NCBI RefSeq assembly: GCF_000315625.1
Contig: NW_005434639.1
Span: 421,688-485,687 of the forward strand
Direction: 5' to 3'
Length of the DNA: 64,000 nucleotides
From: Guillardia theta CCMP2712
Lineage: Eukaryota > Protista > Cryptophyta
The translations under genes were made by a program, and so were the position numbers. Under the pieces are notes generated by a model. That model had not been told where the DNA came from, searched no databases, and saw only the letters and a program-made list of their open reading frames with translations. Shown here piece after piece: positions 12,600-25,758 of this stretch. Position 1 is the first letter of the stretch; each line of letters starts with the position of its first letter.

Positions 12600-14220
12600 A
12601 TGCCTTGGCAATGCGCAGGTCTAACATGAGGGCACGCAACGTCGCACGTTGCCTCTGGCTCAGGCGTCAGAGCTCATCAAGCTCTCCTGCTGTTCTCCGT
12701 CCTCCATGGATTTGTTGACCTTCTGCTTGGCCAACCAGTCGAGCGTCTGCGAAGTCTAAGGGGGAGGACGAGGATGTTTGCCTCGCACCTGAGACTTGGG
12801 GATTCTCTTCATCATGAGCTTGCTGGCGATGCGCACCATGGATTCTTCGACTGCTTCATGCGAGTACTTGATGAGCTCCTGCCCGACATGCAATAATGGC
12901 TCAGAAGCCACCGAAAGACAAGCAGGCGGCACCTCCTGCCTAGCCTCCGGCGAGTCTTCGACGGGTTCGACATACAAGAGCTCATCGCTGGAAGATAGAG
13001 GACTTTCGTCGATCCTCCTCAAGACCTGCTGACGCTCTTCCCGTGTTGTGGCCTATGAAACTCTTAAAGGCAGCAAGACTCCGCCTTCTTCGCTCACTCT
13101 CTTCCTCCCCACGCGCTTCCTCGCCTCCAAGATTCGCTTCAGGTTGCTCTCCAGCTCCTCGAGGCCCAGACGTCTGGCTGCCTCCATGGCGCTGCTATCG
13201 GCGACCTCAGCCGGCGACGCCCCCTTGACAACTGGCTGCTTGGAGAAGACTCTCGCTCCCAACCTGCGGGGAATGACGCGAGGTGAAGTGCAAAGAGGGA
13301 GAACCTTGCTAGCAGCGCAGCACAGGCCTCTTGTCTTGCAAGCACCGCGACATTCAGCGCTGACATCCCGCTGCCCTCACAAACGTGACAAGACGCGAGG
13401 CAAGACTAAGTCGAACCAAACATCGCGAACCTCCAAGTCGCAACCCGCCAGGTAGATTTCCCTAGGCCACGGTCAAGGGAGGACAGGAGAGTTTTCAAGT
13501 TCACTTGATGAACTCGATGCTGCCCGACAGCACAGCAAGGTGAAGAACTGTCATGCGACTTCTCCCCACATGCCGCACGTTCACTTCCGCTCCTGCCTGG
13601 ACTGCTTGTCGAAACGCGTCAAGATCTGCCTGCAGGCTGGAAACTCAGGATTGCGGGAGAGGACAGGAGACAGACACCTTCTCTGCCGCCTTGAGCATCT
13701 TGTTATTGAGAGCATTCAAGGCCTCCAGCTCTGGTAGACTCATCTCCCTCTTCTTCGCCGGCTCCTTTGATCCCTCGGGCTGGCAAACAAGTTGAGCTTG
13801 TTGACGAGGCTCCAGGTGCTCACCAGCTGCATGCTGGCCCTCTCCGCTGCGTACAGGTCTCTGGCGATCAAACATCAGGAGGGGTACAGCTGGACTTCTC
13901 TCACTCTTCAGAAGACATCCAGAACTTGTCGTGCGCGCTGTGCAGTCTCTTGCTATGCTTCGATTTGGCATCGCGCGAGATTGCTGCTTGGCCAGCGTTG
14001 GCTTGCTTGCTGATTTCGCCTATTTCTGTCTTTGCAGATGTCAACTGGGAAGTGTCGCTATCGGAAGGGGGAGCTCTCCATTCCTTCGCGCTCGTTACGT
14101 CAAGTGTTGAGCTGAACTTCCTGTTACCCCGACCGGGCCCGGATCCTCCTCGTCCTCCTCGTCCTCCTCGTCCTCCTCGTCCTCCTCGTCCTCCTCGCAA
14201 CCGGTCGGGAAAATGATGGC
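12600..14220 (-). CDS. One or two multi-exon hypothetical proteins
   Basis: Exon-like ORFs (MEAARRLGLEELESNL..; LLHVGQELIKYSHEAVEES..; DLDAFRQAVQAGAEVNVR, ankyrin-like); boundaries unresolved. Confidence 0.35.
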
Positions 14221-15190
14221 AAACGAAGGTTGAGGCCAGCAAGGAGACCAGGAGCGGGAACAGCTCTTGGATATGATTGCGTAGAAGGGAGGGAGGGAGC
14301 GGAGCGAAGGAGTTGGTGGCATGAGCACTTATTCTTGGGGGATGCAGAGAATGAAGGGGAATGAAAGCAGACGAGGACATGCCTAAGGAGGTGGGAGGGA
14401 GGAACGATGCAGTCATGGAGGGGAGGGGAGGAGGAAGTAGTCAGGAAGGAGAGAAGGAGGAAGGAGTCATCATGGAGCTTCAGGCCAAGGGTTCTGTCCA
14501 CTGCCCTCGTCGCTTGTTGTGCATGGTCTGGCTAGAAACGACGACCAGGCGCATATGGCGAATAGTGCCGCGAATGATGGGAGGCCAGAGGTCATAGTGG
14601 GGATGTGGACTGGGATGAGGACCCAAGATGGCATCAGGTCTGGATTGCGATGGGTGGGGGGGTATAGTATCCGCCGCCAAACAGAAAGTTTGTGGCTTGT
14701 TCAATGTCGGAGAAGTGCGAAGTAAGGCCGAAGGAGAAGGCAAAAGATCTACGACAAGGTGATGATATGATAGATCATCGTCATAGATTTGTGTTGTCAA
14801 CTTAATATTTAAGTGGTTATATCTTTGTCAACATTTTCTCTTCTCTTTCACAATTACAGTTATCCTACATTGCAAACTCTGCCTGCCTGCCAGTGCCGTG
14901 CGGCCTGACTCTCCTCTCTCTCCCTCTCTCTCGCCATTCTCTCCACCACCCGCCCGCCCTCCCTCCCTTCCTCTCCATCTGATCATGGTTACGACATGTG
15001 ATGATTGCAGTCATTGTTGGATGACATCTACAGGGCTCATGATGGTAAGGCTCCAACAACATCAAGACAACAAACTATGTCGGCTGGCCCAACTGAAAAC
15101 TTGGATCGTCAGTTGTTAGGGATGCTTTCAATTTAAAAGGGAGAGTGCCCGTAGTAGGAAGACTATGTGACGTTGATCTATTAACGAGGA

Positions 15191-16345
15191 CTAGAGGCGG
15201 CTGAGGAACCATGCGGTGAAGGCCAAGAGAGAGAAGGAGGAGAAGAGGAGGAAGAAGATGAAGATCAAGGAAGCGAGCCTGGTCTCTGAGGTGTCCGCCT
15301 CTTGCAGCTTCTGCTCAAACCTCGTCAGGTCACATAAGGCGAGTAAAGCTCACCTCGTCCTCCATCCCCTCGTTCAACGTCTGCTCTCCCTCTTCCTCTT
15401 CCTCAGGGCTGCCACGATCAGGTCAGCAGGTTCATGTTGGCTAGGAGTTGTGAGTGCCTGCAGCTGCTTGATGAGGAGTCTCCTTCCTTCCCGCTGAGAG
15501 CGCACAGTTGCCTGAACCCGCAGATGTGTTCCAACACGCCTTTTCCCTTGCCGCTGTCTCCTTTGCTCCCCTCCGACTGCAGCAAGTCGTTGAGCAGCTT
15601 CCTGGGCGTGTCTTGTCGATCGCTGATGATCCGGATCAGACTGTCCAGCGGGCACAACCAGCCCTCTTCCTCCGAGCAGGCCGCGAGCTTGACCGGTCGC
15701 TCGTTCACCATCACCAAGACCCTTCGGAGGGATGTTAGAGAGATTGGGAAGGACGCGTGATCTATGTGGGGTTGAGCCGAGAGGAGGACAGAGAGAGGAA
15801 CATAGAGCACAGAAGAATCGAAGAAGGGAAGATGAAGGCCGAGGATGCAAAGGGAGGAGAGACCAGGGAGGAGCGAAGACGGAGGAGGGTGGAGACTTCA
15901 GGGAGGGCGAGCAGGGGCAACGAGACTGTGAAGGGATCAAGTGGGACCTGAGGTCTTGGGGGCTCGAAGAATCTTGTCGGCAGCTGTGCAGAACGAAGAC
16001 AATGTTGGCAGCCATGGGGATGATCCTCCCGCTCCGAAACTTCCTGGTCCTCCTCTAACAAGATCGCTTCAGGGAGGGAGCAGAGGAGGGCTGTATGGAG
16101 CTGCTCACGAGGTGGAGGGGCGTCGACGCGTTGAGCTGGAAGGGATCTTGGAAGAGGCCGAGGAGCGTCACGAGGGGCAGCATGGTCTCTCCTGCCTTGA
16201 GTCAGCTCGTTGCTATGCTGGAAGACGTTTGAACCGTGAGCAAAGAGAAGCTCTGCTGTCTTGTGAGGAGGCCTCGACTTCATGACGTGTACCAGATGAA
16301 GCAAGAGAGGGCATGCCATCCCAGCATTCATCGCAAGCCTTTCAC

Positions 16346-16396
<51 letters not shown>

Positions 16397-16409
16397 TTCC
16401 ATCATCATT

Positions 16410-16441
<32 letters not shown>

Positions 16442-18057
16442 GCTTTACCCATAGGATTTCTTGTAGAAATGTTTCAAATCTGCGACAAGGTCAAGGCATA
16501 AGAACAGCTCCGTCACATTCCTCACCATCCCAGTACTCCATCGTCGACATGTCATCCTCTGCCATCAATCAGTCAAGAGATCTTCTGGAGAGGTCCAAAC
16601 AGACCGTCAAGCAGGGAGCAGAAGCGCGAAGACTCTTTCATCTGCCCAGCTTCGAATGCGCACTGGAGAATGCAGGTGAGTAGGAGGATGAAACGAGGAG
16701 GGAGCACCAGGGTGAACATGGCGGCGACGTGCTTAGCCTTCAGCTCTTTGCTTGTCTCCTTCAGACCCAACTTGCTTCCAACTCTGACAGGAACAGGATC
16801 ACAAGGCAGTTGAGATCCTCATTCCCCGGACCTGGCGACGACATCTTGCACCTCCTTGCTCTCCAGGAACTGCTCCTGTACCTGCGTGGCCTTGCGCTTC
16901 TCCTGTAGCAGCGACAATGGTCACCGTCGCTCAGCTTCAGTCGCTCCCTCCTTTCCTTCTTGTAACGAGGACACGAGTCGAAGAATCGCAGCGTTGTATC
17001 CCGACTGGCATGCCGACGTCAGCACGCGAACTAATCACCCTCTGCACCAGTGACCTCTCACAGGACGGAGTGATGACGTGGACGGGGTTGTATCTCCCTG
17101 CTGCATCGTCTCAGCAGGCCACACAGGACCTTCAGCTCACCTGACACGCCTGGCCCACTGACATCGAAAGCTCCTCCTGCAAACGCATGCGCACTCCTAC
17201 AGTCTCGTGTCACCTTCCCCTCCCTCCTCGCCTGCTCTCACCTTGCTGATCGCTCATGACAGGAGGAGCGAAAAACATGATGTCGCGGATGGTAGCTATC
17301 GGACAGCAGATGAGGAAAACGAGCTTGCCATCTTCTTCCCAGCTCTACCAATGTGCGACATGTCACTTTGCGCCTCAGGACCTGCTGACGCACCCAAATG
17401 CTCCTCCACTCCTAACGAGACCAGCATGCTCGCATCCTCCTCCTTGAAGGGATTCTTCCAGCTACAGCATCGTCCCGTCACATCACACGACGCATGCTCC
17501 CGACAGCAGGAGCAGAGGGTTGGAGAAGCAGCTCACGTTTGCGCCCATCGGAGCTTGTCATTCGTAGTGTTGATCTCTCTGCTCAGCCGTCGAAGAAGGT
17601 CCTGGAGCATGATGAGCGAGACGACAGCATGAAGCAGCGACAGCGTCACCTCAAGCTGCTCGAACTTCTTGATGTCCTTAGCACTTGGGTTCCTCGATCC
17701 ATGACGAAAAACTCCTGCAGAAAATGGTGAAACGCGTTCTTCGCAGAGATCATCGTCGGAGTGCATGTCGATAATCCTGTTATCACCTGTAATCATCGTC
17801 GGAGTGCATGTCGAAGGAACTTCTGGTCGCGTCCATCCTTCAGGAGCTCTGCTTTCACAGTCAACAGCGCGAGTTAGGGGGAGAGTCATCACATGTAAGG
17901 CCCTTTGCTCCCAAGATGTTCGCTGCTTGCAAGCTCAGGGTCATCACCAAATCGAAAACCTCAAGCACCTTAGCTTGTCTTGCAAAGAGTTGCAAACAGT
18001 GCAGAAGAAGAGAACGAGGATGATGAAGAAATCCGCTCTAGACCCCCTTGCCTTCAT
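15191..18057 (-). CDS. MINPP1: Histidine acid phosphatase, MINPP1/phytase-like, with signal peptide and C-terminal hydrophobic anchor
   Basis: Catalytic RHGSRNP; AELLFAHG; PMAANIVFVLHSC; VLVMVNERPVKL..C...LCPL; N-terminal FFIILVLFFCTVC; C-terminal LIFIFFLLFSFSLLAFTAWFL*. Confidence 0.82.
16343..16440. repeat. (CAT)n microsatellite in a MINPP1-like intron
   Basis: Read directly. Confidence 0.95.
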
Positions 18058-18471
18058 GGCAGAAATGCTGCTGATGAGAAACAAAATGCAAGGGGTTAGG
18101 AAAGGTTGACAATGGATTGAAACTGACATGTCTGATCGACTCGAGTGTTTGCAGGTGTCAAGTTTTTTGGCCCTTCATGATGGCTGGCTGGGAAAATCCG
18201 AATCGATTGAAGCAACTCATGTTAACCGTTCACTTCAAGTTCATCTTGTCTTCTTTTCATTTACTGGCAAATGAGCAGGTCAGAGTAAATCAATAGACTT
18301 GTATGTCTAGTACTGCATAAAAATTACAGGCAGAGTGCATTCAACTCAATCCTTTCTTATTGGAAATCATCTTTCTTTGGAAGTCTCTAGTATGCCTGCA
18401 AGTGTTCTGTTCTCCCATTATTGTCTTCCCATTCAGAGTGATCAAGAATTTCTCAACATCGCCGACCTTTT

Positions 18472-18503
<32 letters not shown>

Positions 18504-18829
18504 AACGTTTCCCTGTTGAGTCTTTCATCTCATTCCTCTCACATATTCAAGCTCTCCTGCTCCTGCTTCACCATCCTCCCCCGTATGGCTTCTTCGATCT
18601 TGTATTTCCCTACTCCGATTGTCATGTTCTCTTCTTTTCAGAGATCGAGCTTCTTTGTTTCAGCGTAGGAACTCAAGGTTCTTCTCGGTTTTGGGTCCTG
18701 TGCATTCCTCCCCTTCCTCCTCGCGTCTTTCACCACTCTCCTCTTCTCGTCCCTCCTCTTCAGCATGACTCCTTCGCTTCGCCCCCAATTTCTCCCCTCC
18801 CGTCCTCATGTCCATTCCATGAACATGAA

Positions 18830-19070
18830 AGGGGGCCTGAGGGGTGGGGTAGTTTTACCTCTCTGCTTGAGAGGACCCTCCCTTGCAGGCATGTGTTCCC
18901 TGCTAGAGGGGGTAGGGTGATACCCAAGGGGTTCAGGGGGGTGTCACCACACATAAAAGGAGGAATCTCGAGATTTTCAAACTAAAAGTATGACGAGAGG
19001 GGTGGGTAGTGCTGATTCAAGGAATAGGAGGGGTTATTTGTCATACAAACTGGGGGGTGGGGTAGTGGTA
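18830..19070 (+). repeat. Second GGGGTGGGTAG motif cluster
   Basis: GGGGTGGGGTAG, GGGGTAGGGTG, GGGGTGGGTAG and GAATCTCGAGATTTT, as at 9830-10210. Confidence 0.55.
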
Positions 19071-19099
19071 CGTGTGTGTCTTTCGTCGAACATCACCAT

Positions 19100-20728
19100 G
19101 TGACAGGTCACGTGGTCAGAATCAGGAACAATGTAGGGAGTGATGATGGTGCAGGACAAGCCAACAGAAGTCTGCTGGCTGCGACTTCCTGTGTGCAGAG
19201 ACATACGTGAACATCATAGCGATGGATCAAGAGTGAAGTTAGCAGGATGATACGATAAAAGCCTTCCATGGAAACATGCAAATGATGCCTGTATGGGAAA
19301 GGATGTTGCACAAGAACCATTGCAAGGGCTGAATCGACTTCATGTTACGTATCTCTGTTCACCTAGTGTTAACCTCCGTGCCGATGGTACAGCCAGTGTG
19401 CTTGCCAACGTTTCTCTCGTCATTGGTGGGTCACGAAGACGGGCATATACTTGATGCCATTCTGATCATGAGGGGGTCAGGTCTGTAGCTCAAACCACAA
19501 CGAGAAGAACCTTGATGATAGGCTTTGGCAACGGAGAGCCTTTTTTCCATGTGTGGAGGTGAGCAGCATGAAGCTCGTAGCCTGGATATCGGGGGGGTTT
19601 CACAGTCCTGAGAATGTTTAGGGGGATCTCTAGAGCAACAATGATCATCACCTGGGTGCTTGCACAGGCACGATCGCCCTCTGCATTTGTTGCCTGTGTC
19701 TGCTCGAGAGGTTAAAGGCTGTTGGTGCATTATGGGATATATCTTACAGTTGATGGAGAAGCTTTGGCTTTGAAGAATACTTTCCCTTTTTCCTGGAGAC
19801 ACAGCATCAGCGAGAAAAAATTGTGCAGTTGAAATTGAAAGTCGCAAGTCCTACTTTGCAGGTGCTTCCTCTTCGACAGGCTCCTCGACCACTGCAGGCT
19901 TCTTCTTTGACATCTTTGGCTCAGCTGGTGGTTCTTTCGCTACGGTTAAACACAGTTTCACCATACTTTGAGTCCCCATTTACCTGGCACTTCACCAGGA
20001 GGGCCTGCTGGACCTTCAGGCCCCTCCTTGCCTGTTGTCGCAGCTCACATGGCAGTGAAGGAGGTTCCGCATGACAAGTACCTTCGGGCCCCGGCGGACC
20101 CTCCGCGCCTGCGGGTCCTTCGTCTCCTTTCGCCCCGGGAGGTCCGGGAGGTCCTACAATGACTGAGCTGACCGCAAGGAGGGAGGAACTGCTTACCCGG
20201 AGGACCGACTCCAGCTGGACCTGGAGGCCCTGCTGGCCCTGGCGGTCCGACCCTTGTCTCAAGGTTCAGGATAGCCTGATACCTGAAAAATGCACGCGCA
20301 GTCAGGAGTAAAAACAACCGTTTGCCAGCTTTGTACTTAGCAAGCAACATCTTGTTGTTTGCATCATCGATTGCAACCTTGAAAAAGCATCAGAGCCAGA
20401 AGGAGCAAATGATGGCTGCGGTCACCTGATTGTCCAAGTTTGCTATTTCCATAGTGTCGGTGGACAGTTCTTTTGCCATTCTCTCCAGGAGATCGCTCCA
20501 AGCACTGGAGAGACCTGGAACAGTCATCATCAGCACACCTGGACCTAGCATGGCCTTGGTTTTTGCCTCCTTTCTTCGTTGATGGATCCGCGACTTGTTC
20601 TCCAGGCAGCACGTACGGTTTGTAGTAGGTCTCAGCTCCCGGCATGAGACCTGTTCATAGAACCAATTCACACGCATCGCACTGCCGAGCTCAAGCAAAA
20701 GAATGCCGAGCAAAAGAGTGTCGAGCAA
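19100..20728 (-). CDS. Secreted collagen-like (Gly-X-Y) protein with Cys-rich/EGF-like C-terminal part (span approximate)
   Basis: Exons GPPGPAGPPGPAGVGPPG, GPPGPPGAKGDEGPAGAEGPPGPEG and GPEGPAGPPGEVPG; then ACSGRGACRRGSTCK; hydrophobic LLLGILLLELG at the 5' end. Confidence 0.7.
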
Positions 20729-20919
20729 ACATGGATACCGGATGTTTGCGCTGTGGGAAACGGGGGATACCTGTCAACAGGTCATGCATCTTTCCCAATA
20801 GAACTTCACGTACGCTGAAGCAGGAATGGAAGCCGGGTCGACACTCACACCCGGATACAGGGGAGGAGCACTGTTGATCAGCGTGATTCAGAAAAGCCCT
20901 GTCATTCTAATCGAGAGCC

Positions 20920-21243
20920 TCACGTTGCCATTGCGCCTCCCACAACGATGTTGGTGGTCGGCGATCCAGAGCTGGTGGTGGTAGTGGTATAACGGACAAC
21001 CTGTCGGTGTGATGGTCACAATCTGCCTGCACATTGGGCGTCAGGCGTTACCGGCAGTTGCTGCAGTCTTGCTTGCTTCTGCGAGTAGCTTGAGGTCTCG
21101 CGGAGCATCGCGCGCTTGTTGCCGCCGGTGAACCATACTGTACACACCAGGGCAAATGCCTGGAGGGACGGGAAAATAACGTCATTCGATTTCCTCAGGA
21201 GGAGAAGAGGCGCACCGAAGCTACTGCCGACAGCCCGACCCAT
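20920..21243 (-). CDS. Small hypothetical protein with N-terminal hydrophobic segment
   Basis: MGRAVGSSFGAPLLLL..AFALVCTVWFTGGNKRAML.. with short introns; ends VVGGAMAT*. Confidence 0.4.
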
Positions 21244-21384
21244 CTACGCGAGTCTCGTTTGTTTGATGATAGTGATCCTGGCCCGATGACCTGGTTGGAG
21301 GAGGTGCCATCTACAACACAACGTGAGGAAATATCGCGCCCTCCTTCCCTTCTGCCCTCCTTTCCACGTCCCCGTCCCCTCTCC

Positions 21385-21510
21385 AAGTACGCACACATAC
21401 ATACACATACACGCATATTACACATCACACATACATACATACACATATACACATACACACACGCATACACATACACGCATGCATACGAGCATGTCGATAC
21501 ACAAATACAT
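21385..21510. repeat. Degenerate (ACAT/AC)n microsatellite
   Basis: Read directly. Confidence 0.85.
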
Positions 21511-21995
21511 AAACTGGCACATCTCTTTCCTCTTGCTCCCTCTTGTTCCTCGCTCTTTACGTACATGTTCCCCCGCGCCCCAGCGCCATGGCCTGCACCC
21601 TTATTCTCTCTGCCGGAGGACGACCACTAAAACATTTATTGATTTCAAGAATCATGTCCTTTGTTTATTCTAATTTGACCGGAAGAATCCAAATTATATT
21701 TTCAACTTATAGAAGTTTAGGACCCTGACGGGATCATCGCATTCACATTGATCGAAGAGTCAACATTCGCGAGGACCGCATCCCCACTTACTACTGAGTG
21801 TGCCGGGCCGATTCCGGGACTGGGCCCGCCGGGCGGGCCGGCCCCACTGACCGTACGGGGAGGACTACATATGATTCGATCAGACAGACAGGCCAACCCT
21901 TAGTGTGGGAATTTACAGGTATTCGGAGTCCTCAATTAAAGTTCACCGTGTAGGGGTCAACTTGTGAGTAGCCTTGAATCGTAGAGTCGGCTGAT

Positions 21996-24900
21996 TCAAA
22001 GATCTTCCGTCCTTTCTCGATGATTTGCTGTAGATCTTCGGCCGGGCGTCGAGTCAGTCGCCCTCCGATCTCTCAGCTGAATGTCGGCAGCTGACGTTGC
22101 CTTGTTGGGGTCGCGCAAAGTTGCTCTTGAGGCGCCACGGGGCTCATACTTGTCGACGAGGATGTAGCCTGTGGTTAGACGTTGATTCACTTCCTCCACC
22201 ATCCTGGAGCCTCCGGCAGCTGGCAGCGGCTTCTGCGAACGCGATGAGCTGTCCTGCTGGCCATTGAGATCCAAGGGGGTGGAGCCGAACTGCTGCTGGC
22301 ACATCAGCTCCATCATGTGCGCCATGGATGCGATCTGCTCCTGCATCGTCTTCAAGATCTCCTCGTTGAGGTTCGACTCTGAGCGATTCCTTTCCAAGGA
22401 CCCGAGCCTCGTGGAGACCTTCGCCATCCTGACTGCCATGGCTGAGACCTTAGCCTCTATCCGCTCGATCCCCGCTGAAAGCCTCAGGTCGCAGCCTTGG
22501 TTCTTGTTCTCCTCCAGGTCGTCGAGCGACGGCACAGCTGCCTTCCAGTGCGAGAAGGAGCGGATGAGAGTAGAGTAGAAGAGCTTGCGGACGATCTCCT
22601 GCTTCGACTTGCGAGCTGACTTGGAGGCGTTGAAGAGGGGGTTGTTGATCTTGTCGACGGAGAAGAGGAGGGACTTGAGCAGGAGCATGACGTTCTGATT
22701 GAACTCGTGCGTCTCGCTCTTGAGGGCCACTGAGACCTGCAGCTCGAACCCTCAGCCGTTGCGTCAGTTGAGTTCATGACAGCCTACCTTGCGGTGGACG
22801 TAGTTTGACATCTGCTTCAAGATGATTTGCTCGAACCCAGCTAGGCCGAGCTCACCATCGGAGTTGAGAAGTTTTCTAGAGTCTGTGAGGTAGAAGAACT
22901 CCTCCTCTGTGAGAGAAACCGGAGGATCAAGGCTCAGTTTCTGTCCATATCATGTCACGGGCTCGAGGCTCCTGGCCCTCCTCTCTGTCTCCTCGTTCAC
23001 CTTTAAGCCCACGTTGAGCTCTGCAAGGTCGACAGACCCAGAGTCATCGAGGTCGATGGTCTGAAGGAGCAGAAGTGAGAGGAGGAGCATGCGGGTGCAG
23101 GAGGCATCTGCTGCAAGAGAAGTGGAGGATGTCAAAACTTTCACACCTGATAGAGCTGGGAGATCTTGGAAGACAACTCCTCCAGTGTGCCGAAGTCCAT
23201 GAGACTTAAAACAAGCGGATCCAACGGGCCCTTGTCACGGAAGGTCCTTGAGACGTCGGCCTGAACATGAGTCACTCGATCTCGTCCTTTGGTCGCAAAG
23301 ATAGACGACAACAGTTTTCTGCTCCTCCTGACTAGTCTTTTCCTGTCTCTCCCGCTCGACCGTTGAGATGAACTCGTCCAACAGGACAGCGACAACAATG
23401 TTCATCATAACCTGCCAACTCTCGATGAAGGCGAGGAGAGAGAAGCCACGAAAGAAGTTACCACATTGACAATGAGCATGTAGACAACGAAAAACAGCCC
23501 GATCTAGTAGGGCATAGAAAGCAGTCAAGACGTCTATTCCGCAATCGCCTTCAAGAAATCGACGCACCAGAAAGTTTTCGGTCGGTTTCCCATCAAATAG
23601 TGACCTTACAACCGCCGAGGCCCATGAATCTCCTGTTGCCATTTGAAAGAGGGTGAACATGGATTTGAAGAAGTCTCCGAAGAAGTCTTCCTCCTTCACA
23701 GCAAACAGTTTTGTTGCTATGATGGCGAAGATGGAAGTAACTATCAGGAGGATGGCGAAGGCGTTGAGGACTGGAACGACTAGTTTGCAATTACCGTCAA
23801 CACCGTGAAAGTCGCTAGATCACTTTTCAGGAATACCGGAGGAGGACAAGGCATTGATGAGGACGCGGAAGGAGTACAGCATCCTGTATGCGCGAGAGTT
23901 TAGTCTAGCAGTTGGAGGGGAGCAGCACCTGAAGACTCGAATCATCTTGAAGATTCGGATGAGACGAAGAGCGTTCAGGCCGGGAATCCCTTGGACAATC
24001 TCTGACATGACGGAAACAGCAACCACGAAGAAATCTGAGAATGTAACAGATGAGAAGTGGAAGTACAAGAAAACACTTTAAGCTGGAACAACCTAAAAGG
24101 TTCCATCCATCTGACACAAAGTTCCAAAACCAGTTGCTCAAAAGGTTCCATATCAGCTCCTGTGCGACAAGGTTAGCAGGGTAATGATCAGGGAAAGGAT
24201 GGAGTGTATCACCAAGCAGAAGACCAAGAGGAAACAAATCTCGAGGGTCCCGAGCACACCGGCACTGGCAGAGCTCGATTTCGTTTGTTGTTGGGCTGAC
24301 ATGATGGCGGTGACAAACGAGGCCATGATGACCGAGGAGAAGAAGATCTGAGAGAGGCTACTTTCGTAAAGCTTCTTCGATTTCCTCTGGAACCTGGTGA
24401 AGACTGTTTCTTCCTTTCTTGCCTTCTGCTTCACATACACCTTCGCTGCATGCTGGACCGCCGAGACCTGTCAACATTCTTCAGACCCGATGCCACTGGT
24501 TGTGACAAAACTGCTCTCTCACCCATATTTCCTTCTCCTGTGGAGTGCCTGCCAGTAAAACTGTTGGCTTTCCTGAATTCTGGCCTTCTGGGACTGTCTT
24601 TATCACGAAAATCTTTTCATCTGGCTCATCCTGGAAACTTTAGTGTTATAGCGTTCACCCTAGAGCCTCTTTGTCACTTACGTCAACCATCTTCAGCGAG
24701 ACGATCCTGTTCCTGACTTTCGAGTCCGATCTCAACAGCTTGTCATCTCTCACAGCAACGCTCTCGATCTCGTCCAGGGGGATGAAGTCAATTATTTCGT
24801 CCTCTCCTAGTTTTCCGATCAGAATCTTGTCTGAGCACAGACAAACTCGTCGAGGATTCCAAGTAACCCCAAAGGAGCTGTGATGACACGGTCAACCTCT

Positions 24901-25039
24901 ACTCTTCTTGAACCTGAGATCACCTGTAGGCTTGTCTGTGAAGTTCTGCAGACAAGATACAGTCTTCTTCAGGCGGGAGTTTGATCAACTCCAGCGAGTT
25001 TATTTCTCGCTCTCGCAATTTGCCCCTTCTCATGCTCAT
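21996..25039 (-). CDS. Single-domain (6-TM) voltage-gated Na+/Ca2+-type channel with EF hand and C-terminal coiled coil (EukCat-like)
   Basis: GWNL/DFFVV (S2-S3), S4 LRLIRIFKMIRVFR, pore FTLFQMATGDSWAS, S6 MNIVVAVLLDEF, EF loop DLDDSGSVDLAEL. Confidence 0.88.
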
Positions 25040-25758
25040 GAAGATGGCGGCCATTCTCTCTCTCCCTCTCCCTCTCCCTCTCCCTCTCCCTCTCCCTCTC
25101 TTCCAAGGCTCAGTTCAGATCGATGTTTCACACAATGAGACCGAGTACTGCTTGTTTTTGATGCAAGTCAGTGACTGTGGGACAACCTCTGCCTTGTCGG
25201 CTCCATTCTTCAAGGAGGTGGTCGCATCTTTTCATCTGACTGGAGTTCCATTCTCCTGACCGCCGCCGCCCGGTCAAACAGCCGAGTCATTTGGTTTCTT
25301 TACAACCAATTGTAAATCCAGATAGAAGGCTACCGAGAGTCGCGGTATCGTGATCTCCCCGCGATCTTGCTGATTTTACTACAGGATTATATACTTTTCA
25401 TGCCCTTTAAAACACTTGTAGTGCAATTAGAGGTCACGTTACCTTCGAGGTTCCGACGATCACAGGGTGAGGCGGGCCGAGGTCAAGGCACAACTTAAGT
25501 AAATGTTTCACTTAAGTTTAGTCCCTCTTCCCCGCTCATGTCCCTTGTCAGTTTGCGATCATGTCAATCAGCTGGTCGGGCGAAAATAAGCGGCAAATGG
25601 AGGAAGAGGAGCAGGAGTCTCAACGATCTCCTTCCGTCTTCTCTTTATCTTCTTGCTCTTCTCAATCTCATCTCTTTATGACGCTGCTTTCACATTCACA
25701 TAGTTCTCATCTAGCCCATGCATTCTCAACTTGCTTTCTCTCGAACTTTTTCACCGGC

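Noticed and set aside
16236-16501. Poly-His/poly-Ile proteins
   Set aside because: Translations of an intronic (CAT)n repeat.
18360-18760. Possible gene
   Set aside because: The K/E-rich minus frame is interrupted by several stops and has no recognisable motif.
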